From an uncultured Opitutales bacterium (GTDB taxonomy: Bacteria; Verrucomicrobiota; Verrucomicrobiia; Opitutales; Seribacteraceae), in NCBI GenBank assembly GCA_943787575.1, contig CALSMY010000018.1, forward strand, positions 1,240 to 65,239: DNA of 64,000 bases. The letters are read 5' to 3'. The notes under the pieces are model-generated. The model saw only the letters and a list, made by a program, of their open reading frames with translations, searched no databases and was not told the DNA's origin. The translations under genes were made by a program, and so were the position numbers. Each line of letters opens with the position of its first letter. Position 1 is the first letter of the stretch. This document shows, in pieces, positions 39,132 through 49,814 of the stretch.

Positions 39132-40019
39132 CTATTTGCGTCCTTGGTTCCAGCGGTAAGCAGAACCATATCCCCATGCTAAACCAACTGCCAATCCACC
39201 CGCATGTGCCCAATTGGCAATACCGCCAAAAACGCCGGTAAAGCAGATTAGAAAAAAGCCAAACATAATCATGGCTACCATTGGATCCAGTCGAAATCCG
39301 TCTGCCGGGTCTAACCGTGTTTTCACCCAGACATATCCAAATAATCCATATACGACTCCAGACATCCCTCCAAAGGCTGGTCCAGTAAGAGTAAATTGGG
39401 TTAAGTTGGACACCAATGCAATCAAGAGTATGAAAGAGATAAAAAACTTAGGCCCTTTTCTTTTTTCAATTTGCCCACCAAGGTCGTGGAGCCAAAACAT
39501 ATTAAACAAGATATGTAAAAAGTTAAAATGAAGGAAGATGGGAGTAAATACGCGCCAGATCTCTCCACTAAGAAATTCCGATAATTGCCCATCAACTTTT
39601 TCTGAAATAAAAAAACCGCCAACTAGTTCGGTGTTCTTACCCATACCTGAAAGTAGAAAGACCGCAACGCAGGTTATAATAAGCGAAAGGGTCATGGTAC
39701 CTGCTGAACGGTCAGTTCTCTGCCATTTATCTCGTAAGTTAAATTCCCTGAAACCACGATTTTTGGAAGGTTTTCTTGTCTTCGCATCCTTTTCTATTTG
39801 GGATGAAACCTCATATTTTTGGTCTTCCGGATTGGCTTGAAATTCGTTCAAAAAAGAAAAAGCCGAATCCACTTGGTCCTCTTCCGCGATCCAAACTTCC
39901 CAGTTTGCCTCTTTGGGAGAATCGGCTTTTTCAAGGGACGATTCTACGCCCTGTTTTTTGATATAACTCCAAAAACGAAGGGCGTGCTTTTCCGTGTTAA
40001 AACTTCCAATAAGTCGCAT
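39132..40019 (-). CDS. glpG: Rhomboid intramembrane serine protease (GlpG-like, with N-terminal soluble domain)
   Basis: WRVFTPIFLHF..LHILFNM, GMSGVVYG, ANWAHAGG. Confidence 0.9.
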   Translation of the reverse strand: MRLIGSFNTEKHALRFWSYIKKQGVESSLEKADSPKEANWEVWIAEEDQVDSAFSFLNEFQANPEDQKYEVSSQIEKDAKTRKPSKNRGFREFNLRDKWQRTDRSAGTMTLSLIITCVAVFLLSGMGKNTELVGGFFISEKVDGQLSEFLSGEIWRVFTPIFLHFNFLHILFNMFWLHDLGGQIEKRKGPKFFISFILLIALVSNLTQFTLTGPAFGGMSGVVYGLFGYVWVKTRLDPADGFRLDPMVAMIMFGFFLICFTGVFGGIANWAHAGGLAVGLAWGYGSAYRWNQGRK

Positions 40020-40080
40020 GCATTCCTGTTTTATTGGAATTGATCAAGATTACGAGTTATTTGCTTCCGAATGTTAAAAC

Positions 40081-41190
40081 TTAAGGTTCGATTGAATGAG
40101 GCGAAGCTTGGTCGCGAACAGACATTTCCAAAGATAATTCTCCATTCGAAAGAATTTTTGCTTTTCTTACATCACGCCTAAAATCTTCAAGCATTCGATC
40201 TTCAAGGAGTTGTTTTGTAATTCTTTTAATATTTTCAAGCAGTGGATCAGTAAAGAATGGTACAGTTTTGAGATAACCTGATTTCAATATTGGAGGGTGT
40301 TGGTCTGCTTTAGTATCAAAATTATGCTTATCGACATCTGTATGTGGTACTTTCTTTTTAATGAGAGCTTTTTTTAATAAATCCGTTCTTTGTTTAATCA
40401 CGCTAGCAGACTTAACGGATTTCAAGAGAGGTATGGCCTCATTATGCCTTTTTAAATCAATTAAAATTCTAGCTTTCCCTAATTTTAAGTAATCAATTTC
40501 AATCTCACTTCTCTTTCCAAATTCCTTTATTAGAATATCCCAAGCGTTCAGTGCGTCGTCTTTATTCGAAGCATTAAAATCAAAAAAGCTTTGCGCATAT
40601 CTTAATTGATAATCGAAGTTGGCCGGCTGCAATCGTGCCGCTTCTTTAAAACTTTCATGCATTAGTAGACCCATCTTCTCTGCTTTATTTAGCTTGGTTA
40701 AACGTTCCTCAAAAAGAAAAACAAAATTACCTAGGTTGTAGTGATAAAAAGGTTCATTGGGTTCTAGTCGAGTTGCCATTAAGAAAAACGGGAATGCTTC
40801 CATAGGTTGATCATTTTCAACCAAGTAATTTCCCAACTCTTGTTTAACCACGGCAATGTTAGGGTTCGCTTGATCGGCTCTTAAAAAAAGAGCCAGGGCA
40901 TCTTCGTTCTGCCCTGTCTTTCTCAGAAACTTACCAAACAGGATAAGGGCATGGGTGTTATTTGAGTCTTCCAAAAGATAAGATTCATATAGGTTTACAA
41001 TCTCCTGAGCTTGCCTGGTTAGTTCTGTTTCGGTCCACTTACTACCCTCTTTAAACAATCGATTCTGCTGCTCAACGATTTTAGATAGCTCTAAATCAGA
41101 TAGACTTGTGGCGTTTGCTAATATTTTCTGTTCTGTATGATGAATGAAAAACATTAACAAAATTAGTAGTCTGTAAATAAAAGTAGGCAT
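40081..41190 (-). CDS. Secreted tetratricopeptide-repeat protein
   Basis: Signal-like N-terminus; TPR helices (ALILFGKFLRK..EDALALF; YHYNLGN). Confidence 0.7.
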   Translation of the reverse strand: MPTFIYRLLILLMFFIHHTEQKILANATSLSDLELSKIVEQQNRLFKEGSKWTETELTRQAQEIVNLYESYLLEDSNNTHALILFGKFLRKTGQNEDALALFLRADQANPNIAVVKQELGNYLVENDQPMEAFPFFLMATRLEPNEPFYHYNLGNFVFLFEERLTKLNKAEKMGLLMHESFKEAARLQPANFDYQLRYAQSFFDFNASNKDDALNAWDILIKEFGKRSEIEIDYLKLGKARILIDLKRHNEAIPLLKSVKSASVIKQRTDLLKKALIKKKVPHTDVDKHNFDTKADQHPPILKSGYLKTVPFFTDPLLENIKRITKQLLEDRMLEDFRRDVRKAKILSNGELSLEMSVRDQASPHSIEP

Positions 41191-41266
41191 CTCTTTTTTA
41201 TCTTTCCCATTGTGGGAAGTCTTTCAAGCTTGGAACATTGTTCCTTAGACTTAATCATGTATAAAG

Positions 41267-42430
41267 ATGGATCCTAAACGCACCTCATTATTCCTATTTT
41301 CTTTATTGTTGTATCTGAGCCCTACCAGTTGGGCAAAAGATATCTGGGACTCAACTCTTTCTTACAGCCAAGTAGTGGCCAAAGCAAAAGATGGATCTCC
41401 TTATCATATGGGGCTTCTGGGGATTTATTTGAGATCCGGGGAAGCGGGTTGCTCGGTAAATACGGATGCGTCGAGACAATGGTCGGAAGCAGCTTTAAAA
41501 AAAGGGCATCCTTTCGGATCTTACAACTTGGCTAACCTTGCCATGCTAGAGGGGGATTTTTCCGAGGCAACCAGACTCTATCAAGATGCAGCCCTGCTTC
41601 TTCAAAGAAGAGCATCAGATGGAGACGCCGTAGCCATGTATTGTATGGGGGAGATTGATTTTCAAGTTCTTCCCACTAATGTACCGCGAGCTTTGGACCT
41701 TTTTCAAAAGTCTGCTGATGCAGGTTACCCTCAGGCACAGGCTACTATAGGTGCTCTTTATTTGAAGGGTTTGCCTGGTCTGTTGGAGAGAAATCCTGAA
41801 AAAGGGGTTGGTCTTCTTTCACAAGCTGTTCGAGCCAAATCTTTGACTGCAAGATTTAATCTTGGTATGGCTTATTATAATGGAGACGGAGTGCCTCAAG
41901 ATCCTAGCAAGGCAGCTCAGTGGTTGCAGGTTGCGGAGAAGCAAAACTTTGCCGAAGCCCAGTATGTCTTAGGGATGTTGTTGGCTGAAGGTGAAGAAGG
42001 ATTGCCCAAAAATCTAAGCCAAGGCGTTCGCTTGCTGAACAAGGCTGCTAAGCAGGGCCATAAACTTGCCAGGGCTTATTTAGAAAAAATGGACCTTAAT
42101 CCAGCGACGATTTCGAATAAAGTGGCTCAAACTACCCCTTCAAATTTTTCTAATTTTACGGGTAGTGAAGATGAGAAAATTTTGCAGGAAGCTAGAAAGT
42201 ATTACACAGGGATCGGGAGGTCTAAGAATTATGAAAAGGCCTTTTCTATGCTATTGCCCCTGGCCAAGGGTGGTTATGCAGAAGCAGCCCGTTTAGTTGG
42301 TTTGATGAAATTATCCGGAAGAGGAACTGAAAAAAATCCAAAGGATGCTAAGCAGTGGCTATCCGTAGCTGCACAAAAAGGAGATGAAGTGGCTCGACGA
42401 ATGTTAGAGCAATACAAGAGCCTTTTTTGA
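41267..42430 (+). CDS. Secreted Sel1-repeat protein
   Basis: Repeated A..G...AQ..LG..Y..G.G...D...A..W units. Confidence 0.9.
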   Translation: MDPKRTSLFLFSLLLYLSPTSWAKDIWDSTLSYSQVVAKAKDGSPYHMGLLGIYLRSGEAGCSVNTDASRQWSEAALKKGHPFGSYNLANLAMLEGDFSEATRLYQDAALLLQRRASDGDAVAMYCMGEIDFQVLPTNVPRALDLFQKSADAGYPQAQATIGALYLKGLPGLLERNPEKGVGLLSQAVRAKSLTARFNLGMAYYNGDGVPQDPSKAAQWLQVAEKQNFAEAQYVLGMLLAEGEEGLPKNLSQGVRLLNKAAKQGHKLARAYLEKMDLNPATISNKVAQTTPSNFSNFTGSEDEKILQEARKYYTGIGRSKNYEKAFSMLLPLAKGGYAEAARLVGLMKLSGRGTEKNPKDAKQWLSVAAQKGDEVARRMLEQYKSLF

Positions 42431-42479
42431 CCCTTTTCTTTGGGGTTGAAAAAATTCTAAACTCGTAGAGCGTTTTTCT

Positions 42480-44978
42480 GTGGATGCGTTCAGTAAATTA
42501 CCCGTTTTTCAAGAATTTGAAAAATTTAAGCAAAAATGGGAAGCCAATTCCCATGTTATTCTGAAATCACCCACTGGGTCGGGTAAATCCATTGCACTTC
42601 CTTATTTACTATCCAAATCTGGCTTGGTTACGGGTAAAATTCTAGTTGTTCAGCCACGAAGAATAGCTGCACGGGTACTTGCCGGTCAAGTTGCCCGAAT
42701 GTTGGGTTGGTCAATAGGTAAAGAAGTTGGATATCAGGTTCGCTTTGACAAAAAATACTGTTCAACAACTCAAATCGTTTATGTAACCGATGGCATTGCT
42801 TTGGCCAAGCTGTTGGGCGAAGAAAAATTAAATGAATTTGAAGTACTCATTCTTGACGAATTTCATGAGAGAAGTGCTCAGATTGATTTGTGCTTGGGAT
42901 TAGCCTTACAATTATGGCAATCATCAAAGCCAAATCTTCGTATCGTAGTAACTTCTGCTACTTTAAATCTTTCTGCGTTAAAAGAATTTATACCTCAATC
43001 TGGGTGCTTGGAGTTGAAAGATCGCTCCTATCCGGTCGAAGTCGAATACCAAGTGGTGAAGAAGGAAATACCCGTCTGGAGGTCATTGGTTGATCTTTTG
43101 CCTAGGCTATTGAGCAAAATGGATGGCGATGTTTTGATTTTTATGGATGGAGCTTATGAAATTTCTAAAACGGTAAATGCAATCATAACAAGTTCCTGGT
43201 CGAGAGGGCTCGAAATTAGGTCGCTATTTGGTGACCTGTCTAGCGAAAAGCAAGATATGGCATTGGCACCCAGTGAAAAAAGGAAAATTATCGTCAGTAC
43301 AAATATTGCAGAGACATCCTTAACGATTGAGGGTGTACGAATTGTTATTGATACAGGAAAAGCCAAAAAAATGCGTTATGATCAGAATCGTGGAATAAAC
43401 GCTTTATTATCTGAGCCAATTAGCAAAAGCTCGGCCGATCAACGAGCTGGTCGAGCTGGAAGGCTTGGACCTGGTTATTGTCTCAGGTTATGGAGTCATA
43501 CAGAGCATGAAAAGCGTGTCGAATTCGATCTTCCAGAAATTAGAAGAATAGACTTGAGCCAAATTTATTTAAATTTGTTAAGGTTTGATCTCTACCTCGA
43601 TCAATTAGATTTGTTTGATCCAGTTGCTCAGGTCGCCCTAAGCGATGCGAAGGCTAAGTTAAAAGAACTGGGTGCACTTACCGATCAGAATAATTTGACT
43701 GAGCACGGAACTCGAATGAGCCAATTACCTGTCGACCCCAATTGGTCGCATGCTTTACTCAAAGCAAACGAAAAGAATTTGGCCCCAGTGATTGCCTTAC
43801 TTTTGGCAATGCTTGAGGAACGACCTCCAGTACAATCGGATGTGCTAACTGATTTTTATCCTATGCCTAGCCCAAGATCCGATGCATATTGTTTACTTCT
43901 AGCTTTCGAAGAGGCATCTAGAAGAAAGTTTTCAGTTGAAGATTGTAAAAAACTGGGAATTCATGCTGGAAGGTGTAAAGATTCTGAACGTCTGGCACAG
44001 TCGCTTTGTGATATGCTTGGGCTTGTATACAAATTGGAAATCCCAAGCTTTGATGAGTTAGCCCAAATTCTAATATCCTGTTTCCCTAGAGCAATCGCTC
44101 GTCTTGTAAGCACAGGAAGGCGAATTTACGAGGATGCTCAGGGGCGCCGACTTCATTTAAGCAAAAGGTCGGTTCTTGGAAGTGAGCATTTTATTTTACC
44201 TCTACGAGTAGTTGAGAAAAAAATTAGAGGATCTTTAGTTTTAGAGATGGAGTGGGCTACAGGATTGAACGAGGATTGGATAAGGAAGTTTATTGGGCCG
44301 CAAAAAATTGCGACCACAGAAGTTTATTTGGATTTAAACACTCGAAAAGTGGTAAAAAAAGAAGTCGAGTCCTGGCAAAACCTAATTCTTTCAATTCGCG
44401 AGTCTGAGGATGTAAGCAAGGAAGAAAAAACCAAAGCTTATGCCAAGGCCTTGTTGGCGGGAGATTTAAAATTAAAAAAATGGGATGTAAGAGTGGATAA
44501 GTTATTAGAACGGCAGAGCTTTCTTGCCCGGCATTTTCCTGAACTTGGAATTAAGGAATTTGACGATGGGCTAAAGGTTCTTTTTTTCGAGCAGTTGTGT
44601 GAATCGGGATCCACATGGCGTGAGATTCGGAATTTAGATGTATATGATCCCTTACGAAATTGTTTTTCTAAAGAAGAGAATGAACTTTTGGATGAGGCCG
44701 TTCCTGAAAAAATCAATTTGGGTATAAAAAATCGTCCCTACCCCATTGATTATTCTGACCAAGGAGAAGTTGTGATTCGGGCTATATTGCAAGATCTATA
44801 TGAGGTAAAAATACACCCCAAGATCGTTTTTGGAAAATATCCACTGGTTATTGAAATTCTTGCCCCTAACCGGCGTCCCGTTCAAAGAACGACTGATTTG
44901 CCAAGTTTTTGGGATGGTGCATACCCTATGGTACGTAAGGAATTAGCGGGCCGCTACCCCAAGCATGAATGGCGTTGA
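42480..44978 (+). CDS. hrpB: DEAH-box ATP-dependent RNA helicase, HrpB-like
   Basis: PTGSGKS, QPRRIAAR, DEFHERS, TNIAETSLTI, QRAGRAGR; C-terminal FW.G.Y..VRKELAGRYPKHEW. Confidence 0.93.
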   Translation: MDAFSKLPVFQEFEKFKQKWEANSHVILKSPTGSGKSIALPYLLSKSGLVTGKILVVQPRRIAARVLAGQVARMLGWSIGKEVGYQVRFDKKYCSTTQIVYVTDGIALAKLLGEEKLNEFEVLILDEFHERSAQIDLCLGLALQLWQSSKPNLRIVVTSATLNLSALKEFIPQSGCLELKDRSYPVEVEYQVVKKEIPVWRSLVDLLPRLLSKMDGDVLIFMDGAYEISKTVNAIITSSWSRGLEIRSLFGDLSSEKQDMALAPSEKRKIIVSTNIAETSLTIEGVRIVIDTGKAKKMRYDQNRGINALLSEPISKSSADQRAGRAGRLGPGYCLRLWSHTEHEKRVEFDLPEIRRIDLSQIYLNLLRFDLYLDQLDLFDPVAQVALSDAKAKLKELGALTDQNNLTEHGTRMSQLPVDPNWSHALLKANEKNLAPVIALLLAMLEERPPVQSDVLTDFYPMPSPRSDAYCLLLAFEEASRRKFSVEDCKKLGIHAGRCKDSERLAQSLCDMLGLVYKLEIPSFDELAQILISCFPRAIARLVSTGRRIYEDAQGRRLHLSKRSVLGSEHFILPLRVVEKKIRGSLVLEMEWATGLNEDWIRKFIGPQKIATTEVYLDLNTRKVVKKEVESWQNLILSIRESEDVSKEEKTKAYAKALLAGDLKLKKWDVRVDKLLERQSFLARHFPELGIKEFDDGLKVLFFEQLCESGSTWREIRNLDVYDPLRNCFSKEENELLDEAVPEKINLGIKNRPYPIDYSDQGEVVIRAILQDLYEVKIHPKIVFGKYPLVIEILAPNRRPVQRTTDLPSFWDGAYPMVRKELAGRYPKHEWR

Positions 44979-45412
44979 GACAAGCTGGACTCGCTAGAAT
45001 ATTCTGTGAACTTTTTTGGTTTTTAGGCGGTTCTTTTCCGCTCAGAAATAATCAATCACGCGGTTGGTATGGAGAGTGGCTGGCTCGAAGATATTTGAAG
45101 CGTAAAAATTTGTCCGTTTTAAAAAAAAATTGGCGTAGTCCTCAAGACGCTCGTCGTGAAATTGATCTCATTTGTATGGACGGCGAATGCTTGGTCTTTG
45201 TGGAAGTGAGGGCACGATCCCAAAATTCTTTGAATAGCGGATTTTATTCAATTAATTATCAAAAGAAAAATACCTTATTGCGGGGCTGCTCGGATTTTTT
45301 AAATCAAAATAAAGACAGGTATAACACTTATCGATTTGATGTCGTAGAAATTGACTTGGCAGATTCTCACAACGAGCTATTTCACCACGAAAACGTTTCC
45401 CTCTTTCCATAA
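44969..45412 (+). CDS. yraN: YraN/UPF0102 family protein
   Basis: G..GE.LA..YL; NWR; EIDLI; LVFVEVR.R; RFDVV. Confidence 0.88.
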   Translation: MALRQAGLARIFCELFWFLGGSFPLRNNQSRGWYGEWLARRYLKRKNLSVLKKNWRSPQDARREIDLICMDGECLVFVEVRARSQNSLNSGFYSINYQKKNTLLRGCSDFLNQNKDRYNTYRFDVVEIDLADSHNELFHHENVSLFP

Positions 45413-45442
45413 TACTCTTCTCTTTATATTGTAGAAAGTTTT

Positions 45443-46957
45443 ATGAAAAATTCTGGAAAAAGGAGCATTCCTCCAACTGTGATGGTAATTTTTGGTGCGT
45501 CGGGCGATCTTACTGCCCGCAAACTTGTTCCAGCACTGTTCAATTTATCTTTAGATCACTTACTGCCTGAGAACTTTTTTCTAATAGGTTATGGGCGTAA
45601 ACACGTTTCCGATGATGACTTTCGGTCTGGGTTGAAAAAATCCTTATCTGCTTATTCCCGAAGACCTGTAGATAAAGATATTTGGGATAAGTTGGAGCCC
45701 GGTGTTTCTTTTCATACTGGAGCCTATGATGATCCATCAAGCTTTGAGGAATTGAAGCTTAAAATTGAAAAGATTGAGGAGATGGTTGATGGACCGATTC
45801 AGTGTATGTTTTATCTATCAACTCCCCCATCTGGATTTTTACCAATTCTTGAAAATCTAGGCAACAGTGGCTTGGCTAGATTGCATCAAAATACTCCTTC
45901 AGCTTCCAAGGTTATTGTAGAAAAGCCATTTGGTAGAGACCTGAATAGTGCCCGCGAACTTAATCAAATGATAAATCGTAGGTTTTCAGAGTCACAGGTC
46001 TTTCGAATTGACCATTATTTGGGCAAGGAAACCGTACAAAGTTTATTGGTTCAAAGATTTGCCAATAGCATTTTTGAGCCCGTATGGAATCGAAATTATG
46101 TGTCCTCTGTTCAAATTACCGTATCAGAAGATTTAGGGGTTGGTTCGCGTGCTGGTTATTATGATCGTAGTGGAGCAATGCGAGATATGATCCAAAATCA
46201 TGTTATGCAGTTACTTGCCCTGACTACTATGGAGCCACCATCGTCCTTGGATCCAGAAGCTATACGGGACGAGAAAGTCAAGGCATTGCAGGCAATTAAG
46301 CCTTTAAATTTAAAAGATCCCCACGCAGAGGTCGTTCGTGGAGTTTACACAGAAGGACTAGTTGGTGGCGAAAAGGCGATTGGTTACCAAAACGAAAATG
46401 GTGTCTCTTCCACTTCTTACACTGAAACTTACGCTGGGCTCTGTTTGCAATTGGATAACTGGCGGTGGAAAGGGGTGCCTTTCTACATAAGGTCAGGCAA
46501 GCGACTTGCGCGTAAAGTAAGTGAAATCGTGGTTCAGTTCACTCGTCCTCCCGCCATTCTTTTCGGACATGATTCAAGACAGCCTCTTTCTCCCAACCTT
46601 CTGACGATACGTATTCAACCGAATGAAGGAGTGGGTTTAAGTTTAAATTCGAAGACTCCAGGACTTGAAACTAAGCTTCAACCAGTCAACCTATCTTTTG
46701 GTTATGAAACGACCTTTGGCTCAAATACACCTGAAGCATACGAACGCCTTATTCTTGATGCTTTGGCTGGCGATGGAACACTTTTTATCCGCGGCGATGA
46801 GGCGGAAAACTCTTGGGGGTTACTAACGCCCGTGCTCGATTACTGGCAATCTATGGGCAACCAGGGGCTAGAGAAATATGCTGCTGGATCATGGGGTCCT
46901 TTGGCAGCCGATAAATTATTACTTCAACGGGGGCATGAATGGATTACAAACAAATGA
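45443..46957 (+). CDS. zwf: Glucose-6-phosphate 1-dehydrogenase
   Basis: [35 protein letters not shown]. Confidence 0.97.
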   Translation: MKNSGKRSIPPTVMVIFGASGDLTARKLVPALFNLSLDHLLPENFFLIGYGRKHVSDDDFRSGLKKSLSAYSRRPVDKDIWDKLEPGVSFHTGAYDDPSSFEELKLKIEKIEEMVDGPIQCMFYLSTPPSGFLPILENLGNSGLARLHQNTPSASKVIVEKPFGRDLNSARELNQMINRRFSESQVFRIDHYLGKETVQSLLVQRFANSIFEPVWNRNYVSSVQITVSEDLGVGSRAGYYDRSGAMRDMIQNHVMQLLALTTMEPPSSLDPEAIRDEKVKALQAIKPLNLKDPHAEVVRGVYTEGLVGGEKAIGYQNENGVSSTSYTETYAGLCLQLDNWRWKGVPFYIRSGKRLARKVSEIVVQFTRPPAILFGHDSRQPLSPNLLTIRIQPNEGVGLSLNSKTPGLETKLQPVNLSFGYETTFGSNTPEAYERLILDALAGDGTLFIRGDEAENSWGLLTPVLDYWQSMGNQGLEKYAAGSWGPLAADKLLLQRGHEWITNK

Positions 46958-47586
46958 AAACTTTTACATACCGAGTATTTATCAAAGTCTGGCTATTATC
47001 TGCTGTTTGCTTGGGTTTATTTGCAAAGGTAGATAAGGATGAACTTGTGACTAAGATCCATACAAAACCTGTAGATTCAAAAAACCAGTTTGCTCTAATT
47101 GGAGGTGGATGCTTTTGGTGTACCGAAGCGGTATTTGAACAGATTGATGGGATAATGTCCGTAATCTCTGGGTATGCCGGCGGGCAGACCAAAAACCCAA
47201 CTTACAAAGATATCTGTACTGGTAAAACTGGTCATGCTGAGGTTATAAAGATTCATTTTGACCCCCAAAAAGTTTCATTTTCTCAGATTTTAGAAATTTT
47301 TGGAAATGCACATGATCCAACGACCCTTAATAGGCAAGGTGCGGATGTAGGCACTCAATATCGTTCAACCATCATGTTTTATGATGAAAAGCAAAAAAAA
47401 GAAGCAGAATTATGGAAAGAAAAACTTACATCTAAGCTTGTTGATTCCGTTGTTACCGAAATTGTTCCTGCTCCTAAGTTCTATCCAGCTGAGGAATATC
47501 ACCAGGATTATTATGCTAAAAACCCAGAACAAGGTTACTGTTCCTTTGTTATTCGTCCAAAACTCAAAAAACTTGGGCTGGAATAA
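46954..47586 (+). CDS. msrA: Peptide-methionine (S)-S-oxide reductase with signal-peptide-like N-terminus
   Basis: [40 protein letters not shown]; ATGA overlap with the zwf stop. Confidence 0.95.
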   Translation: MKTFTYRVFIKVWLLSAVCLGLFAKVDKDELVTKIHTKPVDSKNQFALIGGGCFWCTEAVFEQIDGIMSVISGYAGGQTKNPTYKDICTGKTGHAEVIKIHFDPQKVSFSQILEIFGNAHDPTTLNRQGADVGTQYRSTIMFYDEKQKKEAELWKEKLTSKLVDSVVTEIVPAPKFYPAEEYHQDYYAKNPEQGYCSFVIRPKLKKLGLE

Positions 47587-47754
47587 GTAATTGAAAATTT
47601 TAGAGATTTTAGAACTCTAAGTTGTATTTGAAATAATTTTTAAAGGACAATAAAGGCCCAATTCTTTTTATGCTCGATATGCATGTCGTGCCAAAAATCT
47701 GAATTTCATTAGATTTAGTTTTTAGTAAAAGCGTAAAAAAATAATAATCAAAGA

Positions 47755-47771
47755 ATGCATAGACTATGCAT
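47755..47771. promoter_or_regulatory. Perfect 8-1-8 inverted repeat, candidate operator
   Basis: ATGCATAG-A-CTATGCAT in the AT-rich spacer upstream of the AraC gene. Confidence 0.4.
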
Positions 47772-47836
47772 AAACACTATATTCTTGGCATTATAAAATC
47801 CTTGCCAAAAATATTATTTGGTAATTATCTAAATTT

Positions 47837-48619
47837 ATGGATCATGAAAATTTTAACAATTCATCAAAATCTATTCGGCACATAACAGAATGGTTTGAAA
47901 AAAATCAATGTAACTCTCTTTGTGTATCTGGTCTTTTTGATGATTTGCCGGGAGTGAGTTTCTTTATTAAAGATAGGGAACACCGACTTGTGATGGTCAA
48001 TGAAGGTTTTTTGCCTAGATTGGGTTTATCTCAGGAGGGATTATTTGGAAAAACTGATTTTGATTTATTTCCCGCCCGATTAGCTGAGCATTTTAGAAGG
48101 GATGACCGAGACATTTTTGAATCAAAAAAACCAAAGTTAAATATTTTGGAATTGGTTTTTAATAGCCAAGGTTTACCCGACTGGTATCTCACTAATAAGT
48201 ATCCACTTTTTAATGATCGTGGGGATGTTATTGGATTAATGGGAACTGTCCGTCCTTACGGAGATGGAGAGAAGAAAGAATTAAAATGGGAAAGAGACGA
48301 TGAAATTGGCCGTGCAGTTAATCATATTCGAAACAATTTTCGCGGTGAAATTTCAATTAGCGACCTAGTGAAGGTATCCGGAATTTCTCACCGAAAACTG
48401 CACCGTGGATTCGTCGAGTTGTTTGGTACTGCTCCTATGCAATTCATAACGAGAACAAGAATTGAGGCAGCTTGTGATGATTTACTTTCATCCAGTAAGA
48501 AATTGTCCATTATTGCTCGGGAGAACGGCTTTTACGACCAGAGTTCTTTTACCCAATTATTCAGGAGACAAATGAAAATAACGCCTTTAAAATACAGAAA
48601 ACAAAGAGGATTTATCTAG
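47837..48619 (+). CDS. PAS-domain AraC-family transcriptional regulator
   Basis: FFIKDR..R...VN; GKTDFDLFP PAS pattern; GFYDQSSFT..FRR...ITP..YR HTH. Confidence 0.92.
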   Translation: MDHENFNNSSKSIRHITEWFEKNQCNSLCVSGLFDDLPGVSFFIKDREHRLVMVNEGFLPRLGLSQEGLFGKTDFDLFPARLAEHFRRDDRDIFESKKPKLNILELVFNSQGLPDWYLTNKYPLFNDRGDVIGLMGTVRPYGDGEKKELKWERDDEIGRAVNHIRNNFRGEISISDLVKVSGISHRKLHRGFVELFGTAPMQFITRTRIEAACDDLLSSSKKLSIIARENGFYDQSSFTQLFRRQMKITPLKYRKQRGFI

Positions 48620-48622
48620 GAT

Positions 48623-49750
48623 TTATATACCGCTTCCGTAAATTTTTACTCTACGAATGTAAACTTCTGAATGTTCTTCAGCGATTGACCACCAATTGAG
48701 GTTATCTGTACTTGGAACGGAACCATTTTCAAAAGCTTCCACCAGCCTAGCACCTTCCATCGATAGTACTCTAACCATTACATCTATAACATCTGGGAAC
48801 AGGTAGAAGGTTTTATTGTTTAGAGTTTGATAAGCTTTGTAGGATGTAGCCATAAATTCTTCTGCAAGTAGACTTCCTGGTGAATTAATATCAATGGGCG
48901 GAAAAATCTGAACCAAATTTCCTGTACCAAAACTGTTTTTTTCTAAATGGTAGGCTCGGATTCCAAAATCTATAATGTTAGAAGCGAGGCAAAAGGAAGT
49001 AGGTGAATAATCAGTCCCGTCTGGTATGATCGGATTAATGATGGAGGAAGGAATTCGCGGAGTGCCTAAATCGGTAGGATCAAGAGAGGTCGAGGATGCT
49101 GATGAATTGTACCCGCCATCAGGGTGAAGATTGTAGCCAGCCTCGAAAGTATTTTTAGCCGATACATCAGATCTGAACAGTTGATATTTCGCTCTAGATG
49201 AAGGAGAGCCAGTCACTCCGTATCGTATGATTTGATAACCGATAGCACGTGCAGAGCCATGATTTTTTGCATTTGGATCTAATTCTGGAGATTGAGAGAA
49301 AAAACGTAACCAACAACCCGCAACACCAAAACGGGATTCTAAAAAAGGGCCCTGTCCAAGTGCATCAATCTCTGAATCTTTTAATTCTTCACTTGGCCAG
49401 TCTGAATCAACTATTCGAAGAGAGTCAATTGGGCTTTTACCATTACTACTGATGGACGGCTTTACCCAATAGCCGCTGTTCTCATTATCGTTAAGTAAAG
49501 ATATAGCCATCCAGGCATTGCCATCATTTCTGTAGAGGGCGCATTGAAGATCTTCTTGAACCTGGTCGAGTACAAATTGTGCAATCTGATTCGTTTCGAT
49601 TGTTGATGTTGACTTTGTCTGAGTTTCGAGAACTTGAGTAGAAATTAAAAGAAGCATACCTGAAAGAAGGGCAGTTACAGAGACTGCGACGAGCAATTCG
49701 ATGACTGTAAAGCCTTTAGCCCGTGTTGATGGAGGAATCGTTTCTTTCAT
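48623..49750 (-). CDS. Prepilin-type N-terminal cleavage/methylation protein (Verru_Chthon cassette C/PilW-like)
   Basis: Class III signal KG|FTVIELLVAVSV; LASNIIDFGI and FPDVIDVMVRVL motifs. Confidence 0.8.
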   Translation of the reverse strand: MKETIPPSTRAKGFTVIELLVAVSVTALLSGMLLLISTQVLETQTKSTSTIETNQIAQFVLDQVQEDLQCALYRNDGNAWMAISLLNDNENSGYWVKPSISSNGKSPIDSLRIVDSDWPSEELKDSEIDALGQGPFLESRFGVAGCWLRFFSQSPELDPNAKNHGSARAIGYQIIRYGVTGSPSSRAKYQLFRSDVSAKNTFEAGYNLHPDGGYNSSASSTSLDPTDLGTPRIPSSIINPIIPDGTDYSPTSFCLASNIIDFGIRAYHLEKNSFGTGNLVQIFPPIDINSPGSLLAEEFMATSYKAYQTLNNKTFYLFPDVIDVMVRVLSMEGARLVEAFENGSVPSTDNLNWWSIAEEHSEVYIRRVKIYGSGI

Positions 49751-49814
49751 TAAGAGATGAATGTAGTACTAACCTTTAACCAGACAAGTAAAGAGCCAAT
49801 TTAATTATTAGTAA

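Noticed and set aside
47785-47808. Sigma54 promoter (TGGCA...TTGC)
   Set aside because: GG-to-GC spacing is 15 nt rather than the required 10
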